From Phyllobates terribilis (lineage: Eukaryota): 64,000 nucleotides of DNA. A program made the position numbers and the translations under genes. Shown here one piece after another: positions 23,109 to 32,487 of the stretch. The notes beneath the pieces were generated by a model that saw nothing but the letters and a program-made list of their open reading frames with translations, was not told the DNA's origin and ran no database searches. The stretch covers positions 151,404,001 through 151,468,000 of the forward strand of contig NW_027362764.1 in NCBI RefSeq assembly GCF_046119375.1, in the 5' to 3' direction. How positions within the stretch are numbered: the first letter of the stretch is position 1; each line of letters starts with the position of its first letter.

Positions 23109-26100
23109 TTTGGGGGATCTAAGAGTGTGGCAACCCAGTAGTCATGATTACTTCGAATTCTGACAATATGAGGGTCATGCTGCAGGTAGTGCAGCAAGAA
23201 GGCACTTATGTGTGTTGCGCATCCAGGAGCACCAAGTCCCTGTTGTGTTCGTGGCGAGGTAACAATCATGCTTCCTTCCTCTGTCCTCTCCCCCCAACCT
23301 CGCACAACAGAAATGTGATCAAGGTCTCCCTCATCTGATGAGTCTTCCATCAGTTCGTCCTCCACTTCTTCCTGGGCTCCTGCAACTTCCTCACTAGTTT
23401 GGCTGATACCATGCGCCCTGGTAAAACCATCTCCCCCACCCTCACATGCCTGCCGCCTTGGTGCTGCCGACCGTCTGGACCTTGCAGATGTTAGCCCTTC
23501 CGCATACAACTCCTCCTCCTCTACTTCCTCCACCTCCTCTTGTGCCACCACCTGACTCCGAATTCTGTTTAACATGTGCTCCAGCATGTAAATCACCGGA
23601 ATAGTCATGCTGATAATGGCATCGTCAGCAATAAACATCTTCGTCGCCATTTCAAAACTGTGCAGAAGGGTGCATAGGTCCCTGATCTGAGACCACTCCT
23701 CCAGCGTGATTTGCCCCACCTCTGGATCTCGTTGGCCCAAGCTATACGTCAGAACGTATTGCACCAGGGCTTGTCGGTGCTGCCACAGTCGCTGCAACAT
23801 GTGCAGAGTTGAATTCCACCGGGTAGGCACATCGCATTTTAGCCGGTGAAGTGGCAGGCCCAACGACTTCTGTAGAGATGTAAGTCGCTGAGCTGCGGGA
23901 TGCGAACGGCGAAAGTGAGCACACAGCGACCGTGCCCTCTGCAGAAGGCCATCTAGTCTGGGATAGTGGGCTAAAAATTGCTGGACAACCAGGTTCAACA
24001 CGTGAGCCATACAAGGCACGTGTGTGACATTGCCCCGGCGAAGGGCCGCACCCAGGTTTGCAGCATTGTCGCACACGGCCTTCCCTGGTTTCAGGTCCAG
24101 TGGAGACAACCATTCATGAAATTGGTTCTCCAGAGCTGACCACAACTCCTCAGCTGTGTGACTCACATTTCCCAGACATTTCAATGTAAAAACCGCCTGA
24201 TGACGTTGAGCCCTACTGCCAGCATAGTAAGGAGGTGTGCAGGATCCCTTCTGCGCAGTTAGAAAGCTTGTGGCATGACCAGACAGGCTTTGGGTGCAGG
24301 TGGAGGACCGAGAGGAGGTTGAGGAGGCAGAAGCAGTGGAGGAACTTTGACATAAAGAGGATTGACGCACAACTCGTGGGGACGGCAAGACTTGGACAGC
24401 AGCCCCTTGTCCTGCTGTCACCATAGTTACCCAGTGCCCAGTCAGCGACATGTAACGCCCCTGTCCATGCCTACTCGTCCAAGTGTCTGTGGTGAAATGC
24501 ACCCTGTCACACACAGAGTTTCTCAAAGAAGCGGTGATGTTGTGTGCGACATGCTGGTGGAGCGCAGGCACACCTTTCTTTGAGAAGTAGTGCCGACTGG
24601 GCATCTGGTACTGGGGCACTGAGACGGACATAAGGTCTCGAAAATCCTCTGTGTCCACCAGGCGGAAAGGCAGCATTTCTGTAGCCAAGAGCTTGCAGAT
24701 GGTGAAATTCAACCTCTTAGCTTTCTCATGGCTAGGAGGAAATGGTCTTTTACTTGTCCACATCTGAGGGACCGAGGGCTGGCTATTGTGCTTAGACGGG
24801 GTTGATAAGGGTGTCCCCGGCAAACTGCCGGTCTGTGAGGAAGATGCAGGCGGACATGTTAGGTTGCCTTGATCCAAAGGTGGTGCTATCGATGTCGGAC
24901 AGCGCTCAACACCAGCTGGTGTTACCACCTCCAAAGAAAATGATGACCTGCCAATCACGCTGGCTGTTGCAGGTAAAGAGGTGGCAGGTCTGCGCCCCAA
25001 AACAGGTGTGACTGCTGTCCCCCCAGTCACAGAGGATGAAGAGGCCGCGGATGCACAAGATATGGCAGACGGTGGTTGGCCCGGCCGGCTAGGCCGCATT
25101 GTAGCACACTGAGCTTCCCACTGCAACTTATGCTTCATGTCCATGTGCCGGTTCATGCATGAAGTACTCAAACTATGTATTTTTTGGCCTCTACTTAGCT
25201 TTTGCTGACAAATGTTACAGATAACACGAGTTGGGTCATCTTTATCGATCTGAAAAAATGCCCAGGCTATGCAAGGCTTAGCACCCAAGCGACCTGAAGA
25301 GCCACCACGACTTGTGGTGAGAGGCAGAGTTGTGTTTGAGGATGCAGTTGTTGACGTGCTTCCAGTACTACGTCTCTGTCCAGGAAGGCGCAACCTGACC
25401 TCGTCGTCACTAGCATCTTCCTCCACCTCCTCTGCTGACCTCATCTCTTGGCTGACTGTGGGTTGACAGTAAGTGGGATCTCCAACCTCATCATCATCAC
25501 CCTGTGCATTATCACACCCGTCGTCCTCAGAGCCAACCTGTTCCTGCCCTGACAAAAAACTAAAGTTGTCGCTCCAATCAGGAATTTGAGTCTTATCATC
25601 GTCTTCCTCATTGTCTCCACCAACAGGAGCTACAGTTTGGGAATGAGGGTCTACATTATGGTCAGAACCTTCTGCGTCTGGTCCTGGATCCGACTCATAA
25701 AGATTCTGGGCATCAGTGCAGATCATTTCCTCGTCTGGATTCACAGAAGAGCTGGAGTCGACCTCTGATTCCCAGGCTATAGTATGAGTAAACAGCTCTG
25801 CAGACTCAACCATCTGTTCTACCTCATACTCAGACGGGCAGCTGGAGATTTGGGAGCTGTGAGGAAGCAAGTGCGATTGGGGTGACACCTTTGAGGACTG
25901 GAGTATTTGTGATGATGAAGTTGATGTGGAGGAGAGCCCACTTAAAGGAGCACTTGATATCCGTTGAAGCACCTGCTGTTTTTGTGCCTCATCTGGAATT
26001 TGTAGCGATTGGCGTGGCCGTAAGAAAGGGATCTTATCACATTGTCCGCTAAAAGAAGTAGACATTTTAGTTTGGCTGGAAGATGGTCTTTCTTCTGCAG

Positions 26101-26203
26101 ATGTTACTGTTGCTTTAACACCTACCCCACGGACACAACCTTTTTTCCCCTTCCCAACACGCCTATTCCCCTTTCCACCAGCAGCAGGCCTTTTTCCACT
26201 CAT
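22844..26203 (-). CDS. BED-finger hAT transposase, aa 1-1030, fused in frame to 89 aa read from the antisense TRT sequence; lacks catalytic E and dimerisation domain
   Basis: Basic N-terminus, acidic/Ser-rich region, BED finger (AWAFF..CNIC..RHMDMKH), VPQYQMPSRHYF, FTTDTWTS, AVCDNAANL, CMAHVLNL, PTRWNS. Homology ends at YWVATLLDP (23114). Confidence 0.93.
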   Translation of the reverse strand: MSGKRPAAGGKGNRRVGKGKKGCVRGVGVKATVTSAEERPSSSQTKMSTSFSGQCDKIPFLRPRQSLQIPDEAQKQQVLQRISSAPLSGLSSTSTSSSQILQSSKVSPQSHLLPHSSQISSCPSEYEVEQMVESAELFTHTIAWESEVDSSSSVNPDEEMICTDAQNLYESDPGPDAEGSDHNVDPHSQTVAPVGGDNEEDDDKTQIPDWSDNFSFLSGQEQVGSEDDGCDNAQGDDDEVGDPTYCQPTVSQEMRSAEEVEEDASDDEVRLRLPGQRRSTGSTSTTASSNTTLPLTTSRGGSSGRLGAKPCIAWAFFQIDKDDPTRVICNICQQKLSRGQKIHSLSTSCMNRHMDMKHKLQWEAQCATMRPSRPGQPPSAISCASAASSSSVTGGTAVTPVLGRRPATSLPATASVIGRSSFSLEVVTPAGVERCPTSIAPPLDQGNLTCPPASSSQTGSLPGTPLSTPSKHNSQPSVPQMWTSKRPFPPSHEKAKRLNFTICKLLATEMLPFRLVDTEDFRDLMSVSVPQYQMPSRHYFSKKGVPALHQHVAHNITASLRNSVCDRVHFTTDTWTSRHGQGRYMSLTGHWVTMVTAGQGAAVQVLPSPRVVRQSSLCQSSSTASASSTSSRSSTCTQSLSGHATSFLTAQKGSCTPPYYAGSRAQRHQAVFTLKCLGNVSHTAEELWSALENQFHEWLSPLDLKPGKAVCDNAANLGAALRRGNVTHVPCMAHVLNLVVQQFLAHYPRLDGLLQRARSLCAHFRRSHPAAQRLTSLQKSLGLPLHRLKCDVPTRWNSTLHMLQRLWQHRQALVQYVLTYSLGQRDPEVGQITLEEWSQIRDLCTLLHSFEMATKMFIADDAIISMTIPVIYMLEHMLNRIRSQVVAQEEVEEVEEEELYAEGLTSARSRRSAAPRRQACEGGGDGFTRAHGISQTSEEVAGAQEEVEDELMEDSSDEGDLDHISVVRGWGERTEEGSMIVTSPRTQQGLGAPGCATHISAFLLHYLQHDPHIVRIRSNHDYWVATLLDPPNFSINLLILIKTKKMVIFEIISISRLLETEIKQFSTQNFILGDVTFSHRTPCSKGASELSRPLNLSGFGWFLLQLFCMRTEYPPRAVA

Positions 26204-26299
26204 TTTGGTGGTTAACTAATTCACAACTCTGGAGTTGTTTGCACAAAAAAACAATGGATGGGAACCGAGCAGAGCTGAGTGGCCAAACTGTGGTATTAG

Positions 26300-28355
26300 G
26301 CCAAAACTATTGGCTGGGTTAGATGCAGAAAAAAATTATATTCAATTTGCAACCTGATGGAGGTCAGTATAGATGGACTAATAGAACAAGTCCCACACAC
26401 AGCTAGAAGCCCAAATATTTTTTCAGAGGTAGATGCAGAAAAAAATATATTCAGTTTGCAACCTGATGGAGGTCAGTATAGATGGACTAATAGAGAAAGT
26501 CCCACACACTGCTAGAAGGCCAAATATTTTTTCAGAGCTAGATGCAGACAAGAAATTATTTTGAATTTGCAACCTGATGGAGGTCAGTATAGGTGGACTA
26601 ATAGAACAAGTCCCACACACTGCTAGAAGGCCAAATATTTTTTCAGAGCTAGATGCAGAAAAAAATTATATTCAGTTTGCAACCTGATGGAGGTCAGTAT
26701 AGATGGACTAATAGAGAAAGTCCCACACACTGCTAGAAGGCCAAATATTTTTTCAGAGCTAGATGCAGAAAAAAATTATATTCAGTTTGCAACCTGATGG
26801 AGGTCAGTATAGATGGACTAATAGAGAAAGTCCCACACACTGCTAGAAGGCCAAATATTTTTTCAGAGCTAGATGCAGAAAAAAATTATATTCAGTTTGC
26901 AACCTGATGGAGGTCTGTATAGATGGATTAATAGAACAAGTCCCACACACAGCTAGAAGCCCAATATTTTTTCAGAGGTAGATGCAGAAAAAAATATATT
27001 CAGTTTGCAACCTGATGGAGGTCAGTATAGATGGACTAATACAACAAGTCCCACACACAGCTAGAAGCCCAATATTTTTTCAGAGCTAGATGCAGAAAAA
27101 AATTATATTCAATTTGCAACCTGATGGAGGTCAGTATAGATGGAGTAATAGAACAAGTCCCACACACATCTAGAAGCCCAAATATTTTTTCAGAGCTAGA
27201 TGGAGATAAAAATTATTTTTAATTTGCAACCTGATGGAGGTCAGTATAGATGGACTAATAGAGAAAGTCCCACACACTGCTAGAAGGCCAAATATTTTTT
27301 CAGAGCTAGATGCAGAAAAAAATTATATTCAGTTTGCAACCTGATGGAGGTGTGTATAGATGGATTAATAGAACAAGTCCCACACACAGCTAGAAGCCCA
27401 ATATTTTTTCAGAGGTAGATGCAGAAAAAAATATATTCAGTTTGCAACCTGATGGAGGTCAGTATAGATGGACTAATACAACAAGTCCCACACACAGCTA
27501 GAAGCCCAATATTTTTTCAGAGCTAGATGCAGAAAAAAATTATATTCAATTTGCAACCAGATGGAGGTCAGTATAGATGGAGTAATAGAACAAGTCCCAC
27601 ACACAGCTAGAAGCCCAAATATTTTTTCAGAGCTAGATGCAGATAAAAATTATTTTTAATTTGCAACCTGATGGAGGTCAGTATAGATGGACTAATAGAG
27701 AAAGTCCCACACACTGCTAGAAGACCAAATATTTTTTCAGAGCTAGATGCAGAAAAAAATTATATTCAGTTTGCAACCTGATGGAGGTCTGTATAGATGG
27801 ATTAATAGAACAAGTCCCACACACAGCTAGAAGCCCAATATTTTTTCAGAGGTAGATGCAGAAAAAAATATATTCAGTTTGCAACCTGATGGAGGTCAGT
27901 ATAGATGGACTAATGCAACAAGTCCCACACACAGCTAGAAGCCCAATATTTTTTCAGAGCTAGATGCAGAAAAAAATTATATTCAATTTGCAACCTGATG
28001 GAGGTCAGTATAGATGGAGTAATAGAACAAGTCCCACACACAGCTAGAAGCCCAAATATTTTTTCAGAGGTAGATGCAGAAACAAATTATATTCAGTTTG
28101 CAACCTGATGGAGGTCTGTATAGATGGATTAATAGAACAAGTCCCACACACAGCTGCAAGCCCAATATTTTTTCAGAGGTAGATGCAGAAAAAAATATAT
28201 TCAGTTTGCAACCTGATGGAGGTCAGTATAGATGGACTAATAGAGAAAGTCCCACACACTGCTAGAAGGCCAAATATTTTTTCAGAGCTAGATGCAGAAA
28301 AAAATTATATTCAATTTGCAACCTGATGGAGGTCAGTATAGATGGACTAATAGAA
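26300..28355. repeat. Tandem array of 19 x 108-111-bp units in the hAT 5' region, with a 4-unit (437-bp) higher-order repeat
   Basis: AACCTGATGG recurs at 26351, 26460, 26571, 26681, 26791, 26901, 27009, 27118, 27228, 27338, 27446, 27555 (AACCAGATGG), 27665, 27775, 27883, 27992, 28102, 28210 and 28320. Confidence 0.95.
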
Positions 28356-29637
28356 TGATGCTATGCCCAAAAGATTTTACTTCACTAGGTGCAGTAAAAA
28401 AATTGGTATTCTATACACAGGTGGTATATCTTGCAACACAGATAGGCTACTCCACTGACTAACACACTCTGCAATAGGCCAAAAAGGATTAGCTTTGCTA
28501 GATTCAGCCAAATGCTGTGAAAAAAACTTGCACAGCACTGGCACAGACCTGCCTGGCAAAAACTGATAGGAACTGATGTAACCTAGTCCTGAAAAGGACT
28601 CCAATTACAATTAGTCTTTACTCCCACAACCTATCTATTTAAGAGCACAGACCTGCCTGATAAAAGTCGTAGGAAATGCTGTAACCTAGTCCTTAAAAGG
28701 ACTGCAATCACAACTATTCCCTACTCCCAAGCTATCTGTAGATTTGTGCGAAAATTGGCTTGAAATTAACAAGGTATAGCGGACACAGCAACAGCGGTGC
28801 CGTCTAACACGCAGCTGCAGCAGTGAGAAAATGGTGGCGACGGGGAAAATGGCTTGGTCTTATAGGGCAAGGACATGTGACATACACTGCCAATGACACA
28901 TGCCCTTGCTTGTGTGAAAAAAAGCACTTCGCTCCGTGTGAGCGCTGCTGATAGGCTGACAGATTGCACCTCCCCACTGTAAATGCGGGAAAGAGAAAAA
29001 AAAATGTAGATCTTCATTATTCCTGCAGAGATCCATCCCCTGCCCCTCCCCCCACCCCGCTGTACACTCAAACTGCGTATTAACATTAATTTACATCATT
29101 ACTGAGAAAAAATCCAGTTATGATTTTGGTGCACGAACAGTTATCGAACATAACCTCGAACAGCCGAATTTTTCTCAAATCGTTCGTGTTCGCCGAACGG
29201 CTTGAACACCGCCCAAAACAGCTCGAATTTGAGATTGGCGAACAGTTCGAGTAGAACAACGCTCATCTCTAGTCTTAATACCAAGACACAGGTGTGTATT
29301 ATGGTGAGCGTTATATAAGCCTAGGCAAAAAATCAAATGGGAGCACACTGGGCCACTTGCAAAACCTGGTGTGGAGCACAGCAGAGAGCAGCGACCATAG
29401 GAGAAAGTGATGAAGCCCTGCCAAGCCGGAACAGAGGCATAACACCTCAGGAGTCAATACTCAGATAGTAATGTCTAAAACCTATAGTGTTAAGTGAAGG
29501 TAATGGTAGAGCAAAATAGGATTCTCAGACAACTGAATGCACAGTATATCAGATGGGAGGCTGCCATGACAGAACAGTTGAGCGTCAAGGTATTTTCTTT
29601 TCACCCATATTTACTATGCTCTGCTTTGTTGACTAGC

Positions 29638-30243
29638 TGTCATGCAAGGTGAGGGAAGGAACAAGTGTACTACAATGGGAAGAGGAGGAAGGGAGCCCAA
29701 CAACTAGGGAAAGGGGGAGTGGAGACCCCTAGGCAGATCTAATATCACCCTGACTACCCTATCGTCCCTATATAGGCTGGACACCTATCGCCGAGCAGGA
29801 AACCTAATCCCTGAATGTCCCTAGAGCTAGGCCCTGGGTAGAAAGGGGATGGGGTGAACACTAGTCAGGCCCCACTGTAACCAAAGACAACAAGGTAAAC
29901 AAACAAAGGGGATACTCTTAGCTTGAGAAGACATCAGAGAGATAACTGTCCTCCAAGGGAAGTCCAGAAGAAACTAGCCGCCTACTAGGACACCAGGCAT
30001 GGACAGAAGAAAATAGAACTATCACCAGCGACTCTCTGGAAACACTGAAAGTTTTTACTTACCAAGCAATGTTGTGTCAATTAGCAGTAGGAGGTGGAGG
30101 TCACTGCTGGTTCCTAAAGGAAGAAGGATATCAATACACTACAGAGATGAGAGGATCCAGAAGGCGTCTGCAATGCCAAGTGCAGAGACCTTCTACAGCC
30201 TGATTCAGAACGACTGTCTGTCACACTTGATACCCCCGTGACA
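29638..30243. mobile_element. Solo LTR (606 bp) with 5-bp TSD
   Basis: TGTCA..TGACA termini, TSD CTAGC at 29633-37 and 30244-48. Confidence 0.8.
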
Positions 30244-30632
30244 CTAGCATCCTCAAGTCCCATAAGGTATTGCTTTCATTTGTGAAATTTGCTTGTCCTT
30301 ATCTAGAAAACCTGCTGTCTACATTCTTACTACAAACTGGTAGGGAACCAGAATCCAGATACCCTCTTGTACTAGACTGTACTAAACTGTACAGTGCTTA
30401 TTTCCAGAGCAAACATATGTGGGAATAGTTCCCATTTGGCCAATGTTTCAAAAATATCCATTGGAGTCCTGTTTTTTTTTATTTTACTGATAAGAAAGGT
30501 GCCAGTTAAAATCAGGATATTGATTGATCAAGTTCTTCTTTAGTTTGAAAGTCAGTGAACAAAGAATATGTAAAGGGAAGAAGCAATGGAGTGAACCTGA
30601 AAGAGAGACGATACAGATTATGTAGATATTAG

Positions 30633-30968
30633 TAGGGGTAAATTTGCTCCTTATGGAGAGTGACATGCCAGGTCTGGCACACCATTATGAGGAGGCTTAA
30701 ACGCATGTCACTCTCCATAAGAAGAAAACTTACCCCTTTGATCCCAGTTTTAGCCTCTCACCCAGCCAAATCAGATCTCATACTTTGCATTGACAAGGGG
30801 CAATACCCCGAAACACAGTGTCTGCAAATTGAGATTCTGATTTGGCTTTTATCCTATGTCACATTGCAAGGCTCGTTAAAGGGTAGATATTGACTTGTAG
30901 GATTGCTATTTCAAATAGATGGCACTGGAGTTCAAGTCCTCTTCCTCTCTGAAAAGACAATTTAAATA
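30633..30968 (+). mobile_element. 336-bp ribozyme-bearing retroposon (retrozyme- or Penelope-derived)
   Basis: Flanked by an 11-bp direct repeat GTAGATATTAG (30622-32, 30969-79) that restores the CR1 frame when the insert is removed. Contains a perfect 19-bp stem (30650-68 / 30703-21) and a hammerhead. Confidence 0.8.
30764..30847 (+). ncRNA. Type I hammerhead ribozyme, U3-A8 core variant, predicted GUC cleavage after 30822
   Basis: Stem I TTTGCA / TGCAAA, extended by TCTCA / TGAGA and AGCCAAATCAGA / TCTGATTTGGCT. Core TTGACAA; stem II GGGG-CAATA-CCCC; GAAA; stem III ACA-CAG-TGT; C17. Confidence 0.8.
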
Positions 30969-31660
30969 GTAGATATTAGAAAAAACTTTTTGACAGTGAG
31001 GGTGATCAATGAGTGGAGCAGGCTGCCATAAGAGGTGGTGACGAGTTCTCCTTCAATGGAAGTCTTCAAACATAGGCTGGACAGACATCTGTCTGAGATG
31101 GTTTAGTGAATCCTGCATTGAGCAGGGGGCTGGACGCGATGACCCCGGAGGTTTCTCCCGACTCTAACATTTTATGATTCTATGAATACAGACATATCTG
31201 TATATTGCTGAGTTGGATCAATCTGCAGACAATAACAGAAAAAAATGCATCCTATTTAAAAATAAATAAATGAATATGTCAATCCAATAATAACAACAAT
31301 TTGGAATTGTATGATTTTTGTGGCAGATCTATGAAAGAATACAAAGTTATACCAATGCCATGGGCCAAGAGAACTGGCTAAAGTAGAATGCACAAGCAGC
31401 CAACCTGCAATTGCAACCTGTTATTATTTTCTGTAGATTATCAGTTTCTATTAGATATCATTCACACTCTCAAAGTTGTATGGAGCCAAACTATGGCACA
31501 CATTTATAAGGCTATAGTGTACCTCTGCATACCTCCAATTTCATGTAGAACAAAAATGTGCCATTTGAATCCATATTACAGACAGCATAACTTTGTAGCC
31601 ACATGAAGGCACAGTATGGTAGTCATTTAGCCTACAGTTACATAGTAGAGTCATAGTTAA

Positions 31661-32182
31661 AGGAGGTGTCCAACTTTGGGGACAATTTTTTCTACTTAAA
31701 TGCATGCAAATAGACAAGCATTTTTTCAACTGAATTTTATTAAAAATTTTGCACTGTTTCTCTCCTATGGCCACTGTATTACACTGTCTATTGCTGGATG
31801 CAGAATGAGGTAATGGGGTTGGCCACATTATGTTTGTGTTGGAGACATGATTTTGTGACACTTACTATTATGAATGCATAACAGGTTCTCCTCCGGCTCT
31901 TGTTAGTGCAGCTTTCCTCACAAACTGCACAGCTCTGCAGTCCATATAATGGCTACTGGTGGAGGAGCATGTGACCAAACCTGTCCGTCAGTCTCCTCCA
32001 ATAGAAAAGCAGTTTTCTCATGTATGGTTTTCAATTGGAGAAGACTGATGGACAGGTCTGGTCACATGCTCCTCTACAAGCAGCCATTGTATGAACTGGA
32101 GAGCTGTGCAGTCTGTGAAGAAAGATGCACTAACAAGAAAAGTAAATAAGAAATAAATTGTCCACAAAGGTGGGCAACCCCT
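31661..32182. mobile_element. TTAA-flanked T2/Kolobok-type MITE
   Basis: TTAA then AGGAGGTGTCCAACTTTG; CAAAGGTGGGCAACCCCT then TTAA. Internal imperfect inverted repeats. Confidence 0.55.
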
Positions 32183-32236
32183 TTAAAATTATTCAAACTA
32201 TAAAAAAATTAAGATCCAAACATAAAAACACACATC

Positions 32237-32273
<37 letters not shown>

Positions 32274-32487
32274 TTATATAGCGCCATTGATTCCATGGCG
32301 CTGTACATAACGGGGTTACATACAAAATAAGAATATCACTACAGTAAACAAACTAACAAAGATAGACTGGTACGGGGGGAAGACGACCCTGCCCTTGCGG
32401 GCTTACATTCTACGGGAATAGGGAGGAGACAGTAGGTTGGGGGGTTGCAGTAGTAGTAGCTTTGGCGTTGTTGAGGGGGCAGCGGGG

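Larger units (their letters stand above)
12657..29271 (-). mobile_element. 16.6-kb composite hAT (Ac-group) DNA transposon made of two tandem units
   Basis: Left TIR TAGTGTTGAGC (12657), right TIR GCTCATCTCTA (ends 29271). Exact 8-bp TSD GTCTTAAT at 12649-56 and 29272-79. GTTCG/CGAAC subterminal arrays at both ends. hAT transposase on the minus strand. Confidence 0.93.
18973..29271 (-). mobile_element. Inner hAT unit B (complete termini, 10.3 kb), whose left end is joined into the transposase of unit A
   Basis: A second TAGTGTTGAGC TIR at 18973 directly follows GTAAGGAG (18965-72), which is transposase coding sequence (compare 24227-34). The unit repeats the 12657-16920 cargo at an offset of about 6.3 kb. 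Confidence 0.9.
12144..29444. mobile_element. Old ~680-bp LTR-like element (12144-12656 plus 29280-29444) split by the composite hAT; contains a degenerate ~60-bp repeat at 12250-12640
   Basis: Termini TATTATGC / GCATAACA (near-inverted TG..CA), flanks CCACA / CCTCA (4 of 5 match), and a (GCAGGTATGGAGCAGGTACTAGAAGCACT..) repeat about 6 times. Confidence 0.45.
30580..31185 (+). mobile_element. CR1 LINE 3' end, interrupted at 30633-30968
   Basis: SNGV.LKERRYRL, then (after the insert) DIRKNFLTVRVINEW..SPSMEVFKHRLDRHLSEMV. 3' UTR GATGACCC..CTCTAAC and (ATTCTATG)n tail. Confidence 0.85.

Noticed and set aside
26300-28355. CRISPR array
   Set aside because: The whole ~110-bp unit repeats with no unique spacers. 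There are no cas genes and the context is eukaryotic.
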